A stretch of DNA of 53,369 nucleotides from Methylococcaceae bacterium. GTDB lineage: Bacteria; Pseudomonadota; Gammaproteobacteria; Methylococcales; Methylococcaceae. Below the pieces are notes generated by a model that made no database searches, had not been told where the DNA came from, and saw only the letters and a list, made by a program, of their open reading frames with translations. The stretch's first letter is position 1. Each line of letters opens with the position of its first letter. This document shows positions 1 through 8,358 of the stretch, piece after piece. The translations under genes were made by a program, and so were the position numbers. The DNA lies in assembly GCA_035293245.1 (NCBI GenBank), contig DATDOO010000223.1:1-53369 (forward strand). Direction: 5' to 3'.

Positions 1-708
1 TTGTTCCGGACGCAAGTGACGGCCGACGCCAACATCGTCGACCAGATTATCAGCCACACGCCGAGTATTGCGGACAGCTATTGGGGGGATGCCGACCTGA
101 GTTCCAATCTTTTCGACGAGTCGGGCTCCCATTTCAGAACGAGCGACGGCACCATGACCTGGTATGGGGCACAGGCCTGGGTGAACTATTTGAATGCGCA
201 GAATTACGCCGGATACAACGATTGGCGGCTGCCTGTGGTGAAGCCGCTCAACGGAACGAATTTCGTGGTCGGTAATTCCAGCGACGACGTGCTGACCCTT
301 TACAACGGCAACGCGGACGTGGGTTGGAATAACGGGCATGCCCAAACGGAATTGGGGCACCTGCTGTTCGGCGACCTCGGTATTACCGGATCCAAAGATG
401 TTCTGGGCCACGACACCATCCCCAGTTGGCCCAATGCCGGGCCGTTCACCAATTTTGGCCTGACCAACTTCTGGACGGGTACCAAGCTCCCTGATGGGCT
501 CGATGGTTACGCCGAGGATCAGGCCATGTTTTTCTTCGGCAACATCGGCTTCCAGGGCGGCGGCGAGAAACCTTTCTTCTACTTCCGGGCATGGGCGGTG
601 CGCGACGGCGACAGCGCGGTGGCTGCCGTGCCGCTGCCGGCCGGCGTGTGGCTGCTGGGGACCTCCCTGATGGGATTGCTTTCTTTCAGGCGGCGGCAGG
701 AGGTGTGA
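1..708 (+). CDS. PEP-CTERM sorting-signal protein (5' end outside window) with a DUF1566/Lcl-like region
   Basis: The ORF is open at the window edge and stops at TGA 706-708. The last 26 aa, VPLPAGVWLLGTSLMGLLSFRRRQEV (nt 628-705), show the PEP-CTERM pattern: VPxP motif, hydrophobic helix, Arg cluster. The internal YAGYNDWRLPVVKPLNG resembles the DUF1566 core. Confidence 0.85.
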   Translation: MFRTQVTADANIVDQIISHTPSIADSYWGDADLSSNLFDESGSHFRTSDGTMTWYGAQAWVNYLNAQNYAGYNDWRLPVVKPLNGTNFVVGNSSDDVLTLYNGNADVGWNNGHAQTELGHLLFGDLGITGSKDVLGHDTIPSWPNAGPFTNFGLTNFWTGTKLPDGLDGYAEDQAMFFFGNIGFQGGGEKPFFYFRAWAVRDGDSAVAAVPLPAGVWLLGTSLMGLLSFRRRQEV

Positions 709-793
709 CCGCTTTTCGATGCCTCCGTCCCGGTAACTGGATGTCTTGCGTGAGCGGCATTGAATAGGACCTTCGCGAAAAAACTCCAGCACT

Positions 794-833
794 GCCCGTT
801 CGTGCTCCGTCGCTTGGCGGAGCGCGAACGGGC
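794..833 (+). terminator. Strong hairpin downstream of the first PEP-CTERM gene (terminator candidate)
   Basis: A 16-bp stem (794-809 pairs with 818-833, one G-U) with an 8-nt loop, followed by ATTTAC. The U-tract is weak. It lies 86 nt after the stop codon at 708. Confidence 0.5.
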
Positions 834-1031
834 ATTTACGTCGCCAAACGTTCATTAAGCTGACATTTCTCTGTAAAATTGCGGCCAGCGTGGCCGTTTG
901 CAACGGGTGATACGACAATCACAGCGTAAGCGGGTTCGTTATTGCGGGTTTGCGCTGCGCCGGTCGATGCCCGTTGCCTCACGCTTCAGCAGTGTCTGGG
1001 CAATCGTTGTCTTTAGGGATTTGGGTTCACT

Positions 1032-1048
1032 CGGTCCGATAGTTGCAT
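1032..1048 (+). promoter_or_regulatory. Weak sigma-54 (-24/-12) promoter candidate for the second PEP-CTERM gene
   Basis: cGGtccgatagTTGCAtt has the correct GG-N10-GC spacing and a good -12 element (TTGCATTGCC, identical to the one at 5583-5592). The -24 element is poor. It sits about 250 nt upstream of ATG 1297. Confidence 0.3.
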
Positions 1049-1296
1049 TGCCTCAACAAGAGACTTTCTTACCGGCACGACGCGAACCGAGCCCAAAATT
1101 TAGTACCTTCGTACAGTAGGAAAGCACCCTTACCCCAACTACATTACACCGCAAGAAACCTTGTCCGACGATGTCGGAGTGGGTTGCGGGGCACAACGAA
1201 GCAATGCCGCGTTCTTTCCGGGAAGGAACGCAACCAAGGTAGTGGCATTCCTTCCGTGCGTTCGACAACGATAGACCCCTGGTCCAGGAGCGGGAC

Positions 1297-2031
1297 ATGT
1301 TCAAACATTGCAAAATTCTGGCGGCATTGGCTGCCTTGGCTTTATCTCCGGCAGTGCAAGCTTCGATCTGGCAGGCGACGCTGAATCGGTCCAATGGGGA
1401 CCAGTTTTTCTCCGACGCTACGCCCTATTTGAGCGTGCTCATCCGGGATGGCTCCGATGCGCAAGGTGTCCTTACGAACGGCTACGTCGCTACTTCCGAT
1501 GACGTGGTGTTTACGGTGAATCCCCTGGCCGCGCTGGACGGCAGCGCCGGAAGCCATTACGGCATTCAGAATTTCGCCTTCAATACGGTTCGTTCGTTGA
1601 CCGATTTCACCGCCGACGGCGCAAATTTCGTCCTCCCGGACGGCTGGAGCTTCGGCAATCAGGCTGGTTCCGGCGGCTTCGGCAAGTTCGACTTGAACCT
1701 TATGGGCACCGGCTCCAGCCGCAGCGATCCGTTCAGTTTCGCCATCCGCAATATCGACGGCGATGACGCCACCGATTATTTCGCGCCGTCGGACGGTAAC
1801 GCCGGCCATGGCAACTACTTCTTCGTCGCCCGGTTGGCCGGATTCGATAGAAACCCCAAAGGCGGCGTCCCCGGAACCTGGTTCGCCGGGGCCGACGGCG
1901 AGCCGGGCGGCGCGGGTTATCCCGCGGAAATCCAGGCGGTTCCGTCTCCCGCTGCCCTGTGGCTCCTGGGTTCGGGGCTCGTGGGTCTCTTGGCTTTCGG
2001 CCGGCGTCTTCCCGGAATGTCCCGATCCTGA
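1297..2031 (+). CDS. PEP-CTERM sorting-signal protein, secreted, no other recognisable domain
   Basis: N-terminal signal peptide MFKHCKILAALAALALSPAVQA. C-terminal VPSPAALWLLGSGLVGLLAFGRRLPGMSRS (nt 1939-2028) matches the PEP-CTERM pattern. Confidence 0.85.
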   Translation: MFKHCKILAALAALALSPAVQASIWQATLNRSNGDQFFSDATPYLSVLIRDGSDAQGVLTNGYVATSDDVVFTVNPLAALDGSAGSHYGIQNFAFNTVRSLTDFTADGANFVLPDGWSFGNQAGSGGFGKFDLNLMGTGSSRSDPFSFAIRNIDGDDATDYFAPSDGNAGHGNYFFVARLAGFDRNPKGGVPGTWFAGADGEPGGAGYPAEIQAVPSPAALWLLGSGLVGLLAFGRRLPGMSRS

Positions 2032-2038
2032 CGCCCGT

Positions 2039-2058
2039 GGGGCGGCGCGAGCCGCCCC
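2039..2058 (+). terminator. GC hairpin just after the second PEP-CTERM gene (weak terminator candidate)
   Basis: ggggcggc-gcga-gccgcccc forms a perfect 8-bp stem starting 8 nt after the stop codon. No T-tract follows. Confidence 0.3.
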
Positions 2059-2416
2059 CAGGTTGCCCCCCAACTCCAGTCCAGTCCCATCCATCGCACC
2101 AGGGACGTCTTCCGTAGCGTCTCCGCCGCCAGTTCGGGCCTTTCTCCGCAGGCCAGCGGCAGGTGTCGCATGCGGCTTTAGCCGACCGATATAAGGTCGC
2201 GTAGCGAATGCCTCGCTTCCTCTCTCCGTCGGGAAGACGGCCGGGACGAAAGCGTGCCGCGTAATCCCATTCTTCCGAGCAACCTCGTCGCCATTCTCCC
2301 CGTTCTCCCCGTGCGCCACGGCGCCTTGCTACGGCATTTCACGCACCACTGGGCGAGATAACGCAGGGTCTTCAAGCGTGCTCTGTGTATCTAACTGATT
2401 TAACAAATGATAAATG

Positions 2417-2433
2417 TGGCACGCCACCTGCAT
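2417..2433 (+). promoter_or_regulatory. Sigma-54 (-24/-12) promoter candidate for the third PEP-CTERM gene
   Basis: TGGCACGccacCTGCAtt compares well with the consensus TGGCACG-N4-TTGCW, with exact GG-N10-GC spacing. It is immediately preceded by the most AT-rich tract of this intergenic region (2380-2416). It sits about 275 nt upstream of ATG 2706. Confidence 0.7.
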
Positions 2434-2705
2434 TGGTGAGCCGGAGCGTGAAGCGGCCGCTTGTTGCGTGGCGACAAGTGCTGCTTCCATCAGCCGGAAA
2501 ACCGCGGGACGCCGAACGGTTTGACTGCCACACCCGCCGCGAGGCGGGGCCGGAAAGCCACGGTTCTTGATGCCCGATCAAGAAGGCCGGGCCGCCTCCT
2601 AATGTGATGGGGAGGACCGCGACGCCCGCCAAAGTCGGCAAGCGTCGCGGACATCACTGTTAGTGACTCTCGATTCAACCACGAAACAGTGACCAGGTGA
2701 TTTTA

Positions 2706-3689
2706 ATGAATAAAAAGGTATTTGCACGGCAATCCATTTCCGCCCTCGCCCTCGCCCTCGCGGCAGGTTCGGCCTCGGCGCACGTCGGTTACGGCACTTC
2801 CTTGTACGATCAGGCTACCAATACTTACGCCGGTGCCGGCACCGGCGGCATGGACCCCACCGTATCCAGCAACGCTGGCTGGATTTCCGGCATGAGCAAC
2901 AACGGCGTCAACCGAACGGCGACCGTCGACACGTTGGCGGACACCCACAACAACCGCTTCCGCTTCTTCACCCTGACCCAGGCATCCCAGGTCAGCTTCA
3001 CCATCAGCGGTACCAATACCAATGGCAACGGTTTTCTGAATCCGGGCTTCTCGCTGTTCAGCGGCGCGGTTCCGGCTTCCTCGCATGACGGGGCGGGCGA
3101 TACCAATGGCTTGACCGGCGATCAAATCACTGCGATGCAGACCGCGGCCCATCTGGCCTACCTGGGCGCCCAGCCGGCCTTCGCCACCTGGTCGCCGTTT
3201 TACGACGCCATGGACGAAATCACCGCCAACGGCGGCGGCGCCGTCGACGCGGGCGGTCCCAACTGGGGCGTGTACCGCGCCGACGGCAACGTCACCATGG
3301 GCAACAACAGCGGCCTGGTCAGCACCATGAGCTATCTCGGTATTTCCGGGCAGGACAGCGACGACGGCCTCGACAACCAGATATCCTGGTCGGGACTCCT
3401 GGGGCCGGGCGTCTATTCGCTGGTCATCGGCGGCAGCAGTTTGCAGGACCTGATTTCCCTGTTCGGCGAAGTCCAGAATGGCGTACCCAACTGTCTCGAT
3501 GCCGGCGACCCGTCGACCTGCAACGGCACAACTCATAGCGCCGCCTACGGCCAGCTCCGTCTGGCCCGCACCGCGCACATCGACTTCAACGTACAGGCCG
3601 TGCCGGTGCCCGCCGCCGTGTGGCTGTTCGGTTCCGCGTTGGCCGGCATGGGCATCATCGGTCGGCGAAGGGAAACCGTCGCCGCTTGA
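2706..3689 (+). CDS. PEP-CTERM sorting-signal protein, secreted, no other recognisable domain
   Basis: Signal peptide MNKKVFARQSISALALALAAGSASA. C-terminal VPVPAAVWLFGSALAGMGIIGRRRETVAA (nt 3600-3686). The ORF track starts at GTG 2697; ATG 2706 is preferred. Confidence 0.85.
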   Translation: MNKKVFARQSISALALALAAGSASAHVGYGTSLYDQATNTYAGAGTGGMDPTVSSNAGWISGMSNNGVNRTATVDTLADTHNNRFRFFTLTQASQVSFTISGTNTNGNGFLNPGFSLFSGAVPASSHDGAGDTNGLTGDQITAMQTAAHLAYLGAQPAFATWSPFYDAMDEITANGGGAVDAGGPNWGVYRADGNVTMGNNSGLVSTMSYLGISGQDSDDGLDNQISWSGLLGPGVYSLVIGGSSLQDLISLFGEVQNGVPNCLDAGDPSTCNGTTHSAAYGQLRLARTAHIDFNVQAVPVPAAVWLFGSALAGMGIIGRRRETVAA

Positions 3690-3752
3690 GGCCGTAGCCT
3701 CCAGGCGCCCGCTCCGGCCAAGGAACCAGGGATCGTTCCGGCCGGCGCCAAG

Positions 3753-3785
3753 CCCGCCCCGAGAAACCGGGGCGGGTTTTTCTTC
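3753..3785 (+). terminator. Rho-independent terminator after the PEP-CTERM gene cluster
   Basis: cccgcccc-gagaaacc-ggggcggg (8-bp GC stem) followed by TTTTTCTTC. Confidence 0.85.
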
Positions 3786-3835
3786 AGCAGTTTCCCGCTG
3801 CCGGATTCGCGACCGAAATCGATAAGGTAGTCCGA

Positions 3836-5416
3836 TTGAAAAAAACCACCGCTTCGGCGTCGTCCGCTGAGCATTCGACCGATCCAGGCAGCCTCTCCGT
3901 TTCAGGGTCCTGGCTGCTTCATCTCACGGTTGTCGTCGGCGGGGCGGCGGTGATGATTCTCGAACTGCTCGGTACCCGGATTGTCGGGCCGTTTTACGGC
4001 GTCAGCCTTTACGTGTGGTCGTCGCTGATCGCCGTGACCCTCATCGCCCTTGCGCTCGGCTATTACGTCGGCGGCTATCTTGCCGACCGGGTTCCGGCGG
4101 TGCGCCTGGCCCACGTCATGTTGACGGCGGCCTTGAGCACCCTGGCGATTCCTTTTCTCAGCGGGCCGGTGCTTGCGGCCACCAACGGCCTGGGGATGCG
4201 GGCCGGGAGCTTCGCGTCCGCCCTGTTGCTGTTTACCTTGCCCTTGACGTGCATGGCCATGGTTGGACCTTTCGTCATCAAGTCCTTCGCCCGGCATCTG
4301 GAGCGCGTCGGGACGGCGGTCGGTTCGGTGTATGCAATCAGCACCCTGGGCAGCGTGGCGGGCACCCTGCTGTTGGGGTTTTACCTGCTCCCCCATTTCG
4401 GCACTCGCACCATTCTTTTTTCCCTGACTTTGGCGCTGCTGCTCCTGTCGACCTTTCTAACGCTCGCCGACCGGCAGGTAACCAGCCGCTTCCTGCCCCC
4501 CTCCATTTTCGGCGCCACCGCCTTGGTGGGCTTGCTGCTGTTCAACGGCTTTGCCCATTCCGCGACCCACTCCGGGCCATTCAAGGTCCTTCACGAAGAA
4601 GAGAGCATTTACGGCTGGGTGCGGGTGGTGGACGACGAGCGGCACGGATACCGCTTGCTGCTGTCCGATGCGTCGGTGCTGAGCGCCATGGATATCGCCC
4701 GCGGCCATACCCTGCTCAGCTATCAGGTCGCCATGGGCGTGTTGCCCCGCTTCCGTCCCCACATGACGGACGCCTTGCTGATCGGTTTGGGCGGGGGCCA
4801 TGTCGCGCGCGAGTTGAAAAGCCAGGGAATTACGACGGACACCATCGAGATCGACCCCGCCGTGGCCGATGCCGCCAGGAACTATTTCAATTTCCGGCCC
4901 ACCGGCGAATTCGTGGTGGGAGACGCCCGTTATGAAGTGAAGCGCCTCGGCAAGCCATACGACCTGATCATCCACGACTGCTTCACCGGCGGCTCCGAGC
5001 CGACTCATTTGCTGAGCATGGAGATGCTCGGCCAGCTTCGCGCCATGCTGAAGGAGCAAGGCATCCTGGCGCTCAATTACGTGGGTTTCACCCAGGGCGA
5101 AGGGTCCGAGGCCGTGGCTTCGGTGCACAAGACCCTCAAGAATTTGTTTCCGTATGTTCGCGTCTTCGTGACCGAAAAAGGCGACTTCACCGACTTCATT
5201 TTCCTCGCCGCCCCTCAGCCGCTCGAAGTGGACGCGGAGACCCGGGATCGGCGGTTGCAATGGATGCTGGAGCGGGAAAGCACGGCGCTGCCCGCGGCTG
5301 GACGCCTCATCGTCACCGACGACTACAACCCCCTGGAGAGCATGCAGGTGCGGAAAGCCGAAGCCTACCGGAATCTTTTCATGGAACGTCTGGCATTCGA
5401 TCTCCTGTTGCGATGA
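3836..5416 (+). CDS. Polytopic membrane protein fused to a spermidine-synthase-like (class I SAM/dcSAM-dependent transferase) domain
   Basis: The N-terminal ~230 aa contain multiple hydrophobic helices. The C-terminal part carries LLIGLGGGHVARELK...IEIDPAV...GDARYEV...YDLIIHDCF, typical of the spermidine synthase fold. The start is TTG 3836, because there is no upstream in-frame ATG. Confidence 0.7.
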   Translation: MKKTTASASSAEHSTDPGSLSVSGSWLLHLTVVVGGAAVMILELLGTRIVGPFYGVSLYVWSSLIAVTLIALALGYYVGGYLADRVPAVRLAHVMLTAALSTLAIPFLSGPVLAATNGLGMRAGSFASALLLFTLPLTCMAMVGPFVIKSFARHLERVGTAVGSVYAISTLGSVAGTLLLGFYLLPHFGTRTILFSLTLALLLLSTFLTLADRQVTSRFLPPSIFGATALVGLLLFNGFAHSATHSGPFKVLHEEESIYGWVRVVDDERHGYRLLLSDASVLSAMDIARGHTLLSYQVAMGVLPRFRPHMTDALLIGLGGGHVARELKSQGITTDTIEIDPAVADAARNYFNFRPTGEFVVGDARYEVKRLGKPYDLIIHDCFTGGSEPTHLLSMEMLGQLRAMLKEQGILALNYVGFTQGEGSEAVASVHKTLKNLFPYVRVFVTEKGDFTDFIFLAAPQPLEVDAETRDRRLQWMLERESTALPAAGRLIVTDDYNPLESMQVRKAEAYRNLFMERLAFDLLLR

Positions 5417-5571
5417 GTGCACCCGCCTCGACACCGGGACGCCGAGAGCATTCCAGACGGTTGTACGGATTTTGCTGCGCTCCCATCGCCGGCCAGACCC
5501 GTGGAGATTTGGACAGGTTCATCATGCTGCAACAAACGCATGGTTATCTTACGAATCCCGAAGCATTCGCC

Positions 5572-5588
5572 GGGCGCGGCTCTTGCAT
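5572..5588 (+). promoter_or_regulatory. Sigma-54 (-24/-12) promoter candidate for prsT
   Basis: gGGCgCGgctcTTGCAt has exact GG-N10-GC spacing. It lies 48 nt upstream of ATG 5636. Confidence 0.55.
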
Positions 5589-5635
5589 TGCCACCCGCAT
5601 CCCAGCGGTTCACTGATTTTTCGCGGAGATCTTGC

Positions 5636-8026
5636 ATGTCGTTCAAATCGCTCGCCTGGATGAGCCTTGCGCTGTTTTTCGTCGGCCTGCTGTCCGGGTG
5701 CGGCGGGAGCGAGGAACGCAAGGCCGAGTACCTGGAGCGCGGCCGGAAGTATTTCGAGGAAAAGAATTACGACAAGGCCAAGGTGGAGTTCAAGAACGTC
5801 CTGCAGATCGACCCGAAAACCGCCAAGCCGTATTTCTACCTGGGGCAGATCGAGGAATCGAAACAGAAATGGCAGGAAGCGTTCGGTCTGTACCTGAAGG
5901 CCGTGGAACTCAATGGCGGAGACATCGAAGCGAAGGTCAAGCTGGCCAAGTTTTATCTGCTGGGCAAGGAAACCCAAAAGGTCGCCGAATTGCTGGATGC
6001 CGTGCTGAAGGCCGCACCCGACCATCTCGAAGGGCGGATGATGAGGGCAGCCCTGGCCAATCTCAAGGGCGACGCCGCTGCAGCCATCGGCGAGATGACC
6101 CGCATCACCGATCAACATCCAGCCAGGACCGATGCGTTCCTGGTCCTGGCGATGCTTTACGAGCAGCAGAAAAATCCGGACGAGGCGGAAAAGATCTTGC
6201 AGCGCGGACTTGCGGAAAATCCCGGCAATGCGGTTTTGCAAGTCAGCCTGGCCAAGCTCAGCCTGCAACTGAACAAGGCGGACAAAGCCGAGGAGTTGCT
6301 CAAGCAACTGATCGCCGCCCAGCCGGAGCAACTGGAGCATCGTAATGCCCTGGCCGGTTTCTATATCCAGCAAAAAAGGCTGGACGACGCGGAAAAGGTC
6401 TACCACGAGGCGGTTCAGGCCGACCCGAAAGACGGCAAGCGTTCTCTGCTGCTTGCCGAGTTTCTGGCCCGGCGGGGAAACGCCGACGGCGCCATCGCCG
6501 AATTGAACAAGGCCGTCGCCGACAACCCCAAGGATGCCGCGCCGCGTTTTGGTCTGGCAAATCTCTATGAACAGCTCAAGGACACTGAAAAGGCCCAAAG
6601 GATTTTTAAGGACATCATCGAACTGGACGAGCGCGCACCGGATGCACTCAAGGCGAAAAACCGCCTGGCGCTGCTGGCCTTGTCCCAAGGACACGAGGGC
6701 GAGGCGATCAAGCGGGTCGACGAAATTCTGGTCGAGAATCCCCAGGACAACCTGGCGCTCATGTTGCGGGGGCGCATCGCCCTGGCCCGCAAGGACGCGC
6801 AGCAGGCCATCGCCTCTTTCCGTTCCGTACTGAAGGACCAGCCGGAATCCGCCGAAGTATTCAACCTTCTCGCCGCCGCGCATCTGCTGGACGGCAAGCC
6901 GGCTTTGGCGCAGGAAAGCCTGGAAAAGGCCGTCGCGGTGAATCCGGCCGATTTCGCCTTGCGCAAGAACCTGGTGGAGTTTCTCGTCCGGCAGAAAAAC
7001 CATCAGGCGGCGCTGGACAAGACCGACGACTATCTGAAGCTCAATCCGAAAAGCCTGGAAGGCCTGAATCTCAAGGCCGACGTTCTGGCCTTGAGCGACA
7101 GGCACGACGAGCTGGAAGCCCTGCTGCGGCAAATCAAGGCGGATTTTCCCGATAACGGCCTGGCGCCGTTCCGCCTGGGGAGCGTGTACCTGGGCCGGAA
7201 AAACTACGATGCGGCCCTGGCGGAATACGAAGAGGCGGTGCGGAAATCGCCAAACGATTACGAGCCGCTGAAGGCGATCACGACGGCTTATCTCGAAGCG
7301 CAGCAACCCGGCAAGGCCCTGGCCCGCATCCAGAAAGCCCTGAGCGAGAATCCCAAGCATCCCACCGCTTACCAATTGCTGGCGATATACCACCTCACGC
7401 AGAAGCAGGAAAACGAAGCGGTCAAGGCGTTGAACAAGGCGATCGACAACAACCCCCGCTGGCTGTTGCCCTACGCCAATCTCGGCACCTACTACGAGCA
7501 GAAAGGCCAGCGCGAACTCGCCGTGGAAACCTATCGCAGGGGATTGAACACCCTGCCCGGCGAGGTCAACCTGCTGATGAATCTGGCGCGTGTTTATGAA
7601 GCCGCCAAGGACTACAGCAACTCCCTCAAGCAATACGAGGCGATCCTGAAGGATCATCCCGACAACCTGCTGGCCGTCAACAACATCGCCAGCCTGCTCA
7701 GCCTGGACGCTGCCAACAAGGCCGACCTGACCCGCGCGCTGGTATTGGCCAAGCGCCTGGAAGATTCCGAGGAACCTGCTTTTCTCGACACTCTGGCCTG
7801 GATTCATTACCAGTTGGGCGACTTCGAAAAGGCGCTCCCCTTGCAAACGAAAGCCGTGGAGAAATCGCCGGAAACCCCGATTTTCCAGTATCACCTGGGC
7901 ATGATTCGGTTCCGGCGGGGCGATGGCGCCTTGGCCCGGGAACACCTGCGGAAAGCGATCGATTCCGGGAAGGATTTCATCGGCCTGGACGAGGCCAGGA
8001 AGGTCCATGAAAAGCTTGGCGCTTGA
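5636..8026 (+). CDS. prsT: PEP-CTERM system TPR-repeat lipoprotein
   Basis: Lipobox in MSFKSLAWMSLALFFVGLLSGC. The remaining ~770 aa are continuous TPR-like repeats (AxxxYxxAlxxxP periodicity). It sits directly upstream of the export genes, as in XrtA loci. The long ORF begins at 5417, but only ATG 5636 yields a signal peptide. Confidence 0.85.
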   Translation: MSFKSLAWMSLALFFVGLLSGCGGSEERKAEYLERGRKYFEEKNYDKAKVEFKNVLQIDPKTAKPYFYLGQIEESKQKWQEAFGLYLKAVELNGGDIEAKVKLAKFYLLGKETQKVAELLDAVLKAAPDHLEGRMMRAALANLKGDAAAAIGEMTRITDQHPARTDAFLVLAMLYEQQKNPDEAEKILQRGLAENPGNAVLQVSLAKLSLQLNKADKAEELLKQLIAAQPEQLEHRNALAGFYIQQKRLDDAEKVYHEAVQADPKDGKRSLLLAEFLARRGNADGAIAELNKAVADNPKDAAPRFGLANLYEQLKDTEKAQRIFKDIIELDERAPDALKAKNRLALLALSQGHEGEAIKRVDEILVENPQDNLALMLRGRIALARKDAQQAIASFRSVLKDQPESAEVFNLLAAAHLLDGKPALAQESLEKAVAVNPADFALRKNLVEFLVRQKNHQAALDKTDDYLKLNPKSLEGLNLKADVLALSDRHDELEALLRQIKADFPDNGLAPFRLGSVYLGRKNYDAALAEYEEAVRKSPNDYEPLKAITTAYLEAQQPGKALARIQKALSENPKHPTAYQLLAIYHLTQKQENEAVKALNKAIDNNPRWLLPYANLGTYYEQKGQRELAVETYRRGLNTLPGEVNLLMNLARVYEAAKDYSNSLKQYEAILKDHPDNLLAVNNIASLLSLDAANKADLTRALVLAKRLEDSEEPAFLDTLAWIHYQLGDFEKALPLQTKAVEKSPETPIFQYHLGMIRFRRGDGALAREHLRKAIDSGKDFIGLDEARKVHEKLGA

Positions 8027-8201
8027 TCCGCCGATGGGGGCGCGTGAACGACACAACCTCGGGCCGGGTGTTGCCGGGCGGTCAGCGACTGCGGAATCGC
8101 TGCTGGCGGAGCGACAAAATCCCGCCGGGAATTTCTGGGGAGCCGTTTCGGGTTCGGGCCCATTTCCGCTTTCGCGGCGGCCCGGATTCCCTGGCTGGGT
8201 A

Positions 8202-8217
8202 TTTGCAAAGGCTTTTC
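8202..8217 (+). promoter_or_regulatory. Sigma-54 (-24/-12) promoter candidate for the export operon
   Basis: TGGCtgggtatTTGCAa has exact GG-N10-GC spacing. It lies about 145 nt upstream of ATG 8359. Confidence 0.65.
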
Positions 8218-8358
8218 TTTCGGGACGCTGGTACGGAGGGAAGGGCGAAACGTTGGACACGCTCCGATTCGCCGTGAATCAACCCTGCGGGCGTCGGCGC
8301 ATCGCGTCGCTTGGTTTGAACCATTCCTAGCCTTTTCATTCATCGGGTTACAACACGT

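Noticed and set aside
1188-1258. Additional sigma-54-like strings GGGGCACaacgaAGCA (1188-1203) and TGGCATtccttccGTGC (1242-1258). TGGCACGgacaTCGA at 29879 is another.
   Set aside because: The GG-to-GC spacing is off by one or two positions, or the -12 GC is missing. Sigma-54 spacing is strict, and the 29879 site is inside a coding region.
1049-1296. Possible c-di-GMP riboswitch in the leaders of the PEP-CTERM genes (also 2434-2705).
   Set aside because: The conserved GEMM-I core (GGCAAA...ACGCAAAGCC...) and the GEMM-II motifs are not present; only a loose ACGCAACC was seen. The leaders are kept as unexplained structured leaders, not as a riboswitch call.
5549-8260. 903-aa minus-strand ORF covering all of prsT. 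Similar long antisense or out-of-frame ORFs occur at 10192-12033, 12580-14124, 15933-17492, 20605-22413, 33406-34902, 39496-41685, 41615-43339 and 48003-49817.
   Set aside because: They are shadow ORFs typical of high-GC DNA. Their translations are low-complexity (R/G/Q/L/P/A-rich) with no motifs, while the opposite or alternative frame carries clear family signatures and GC3-rich codons.
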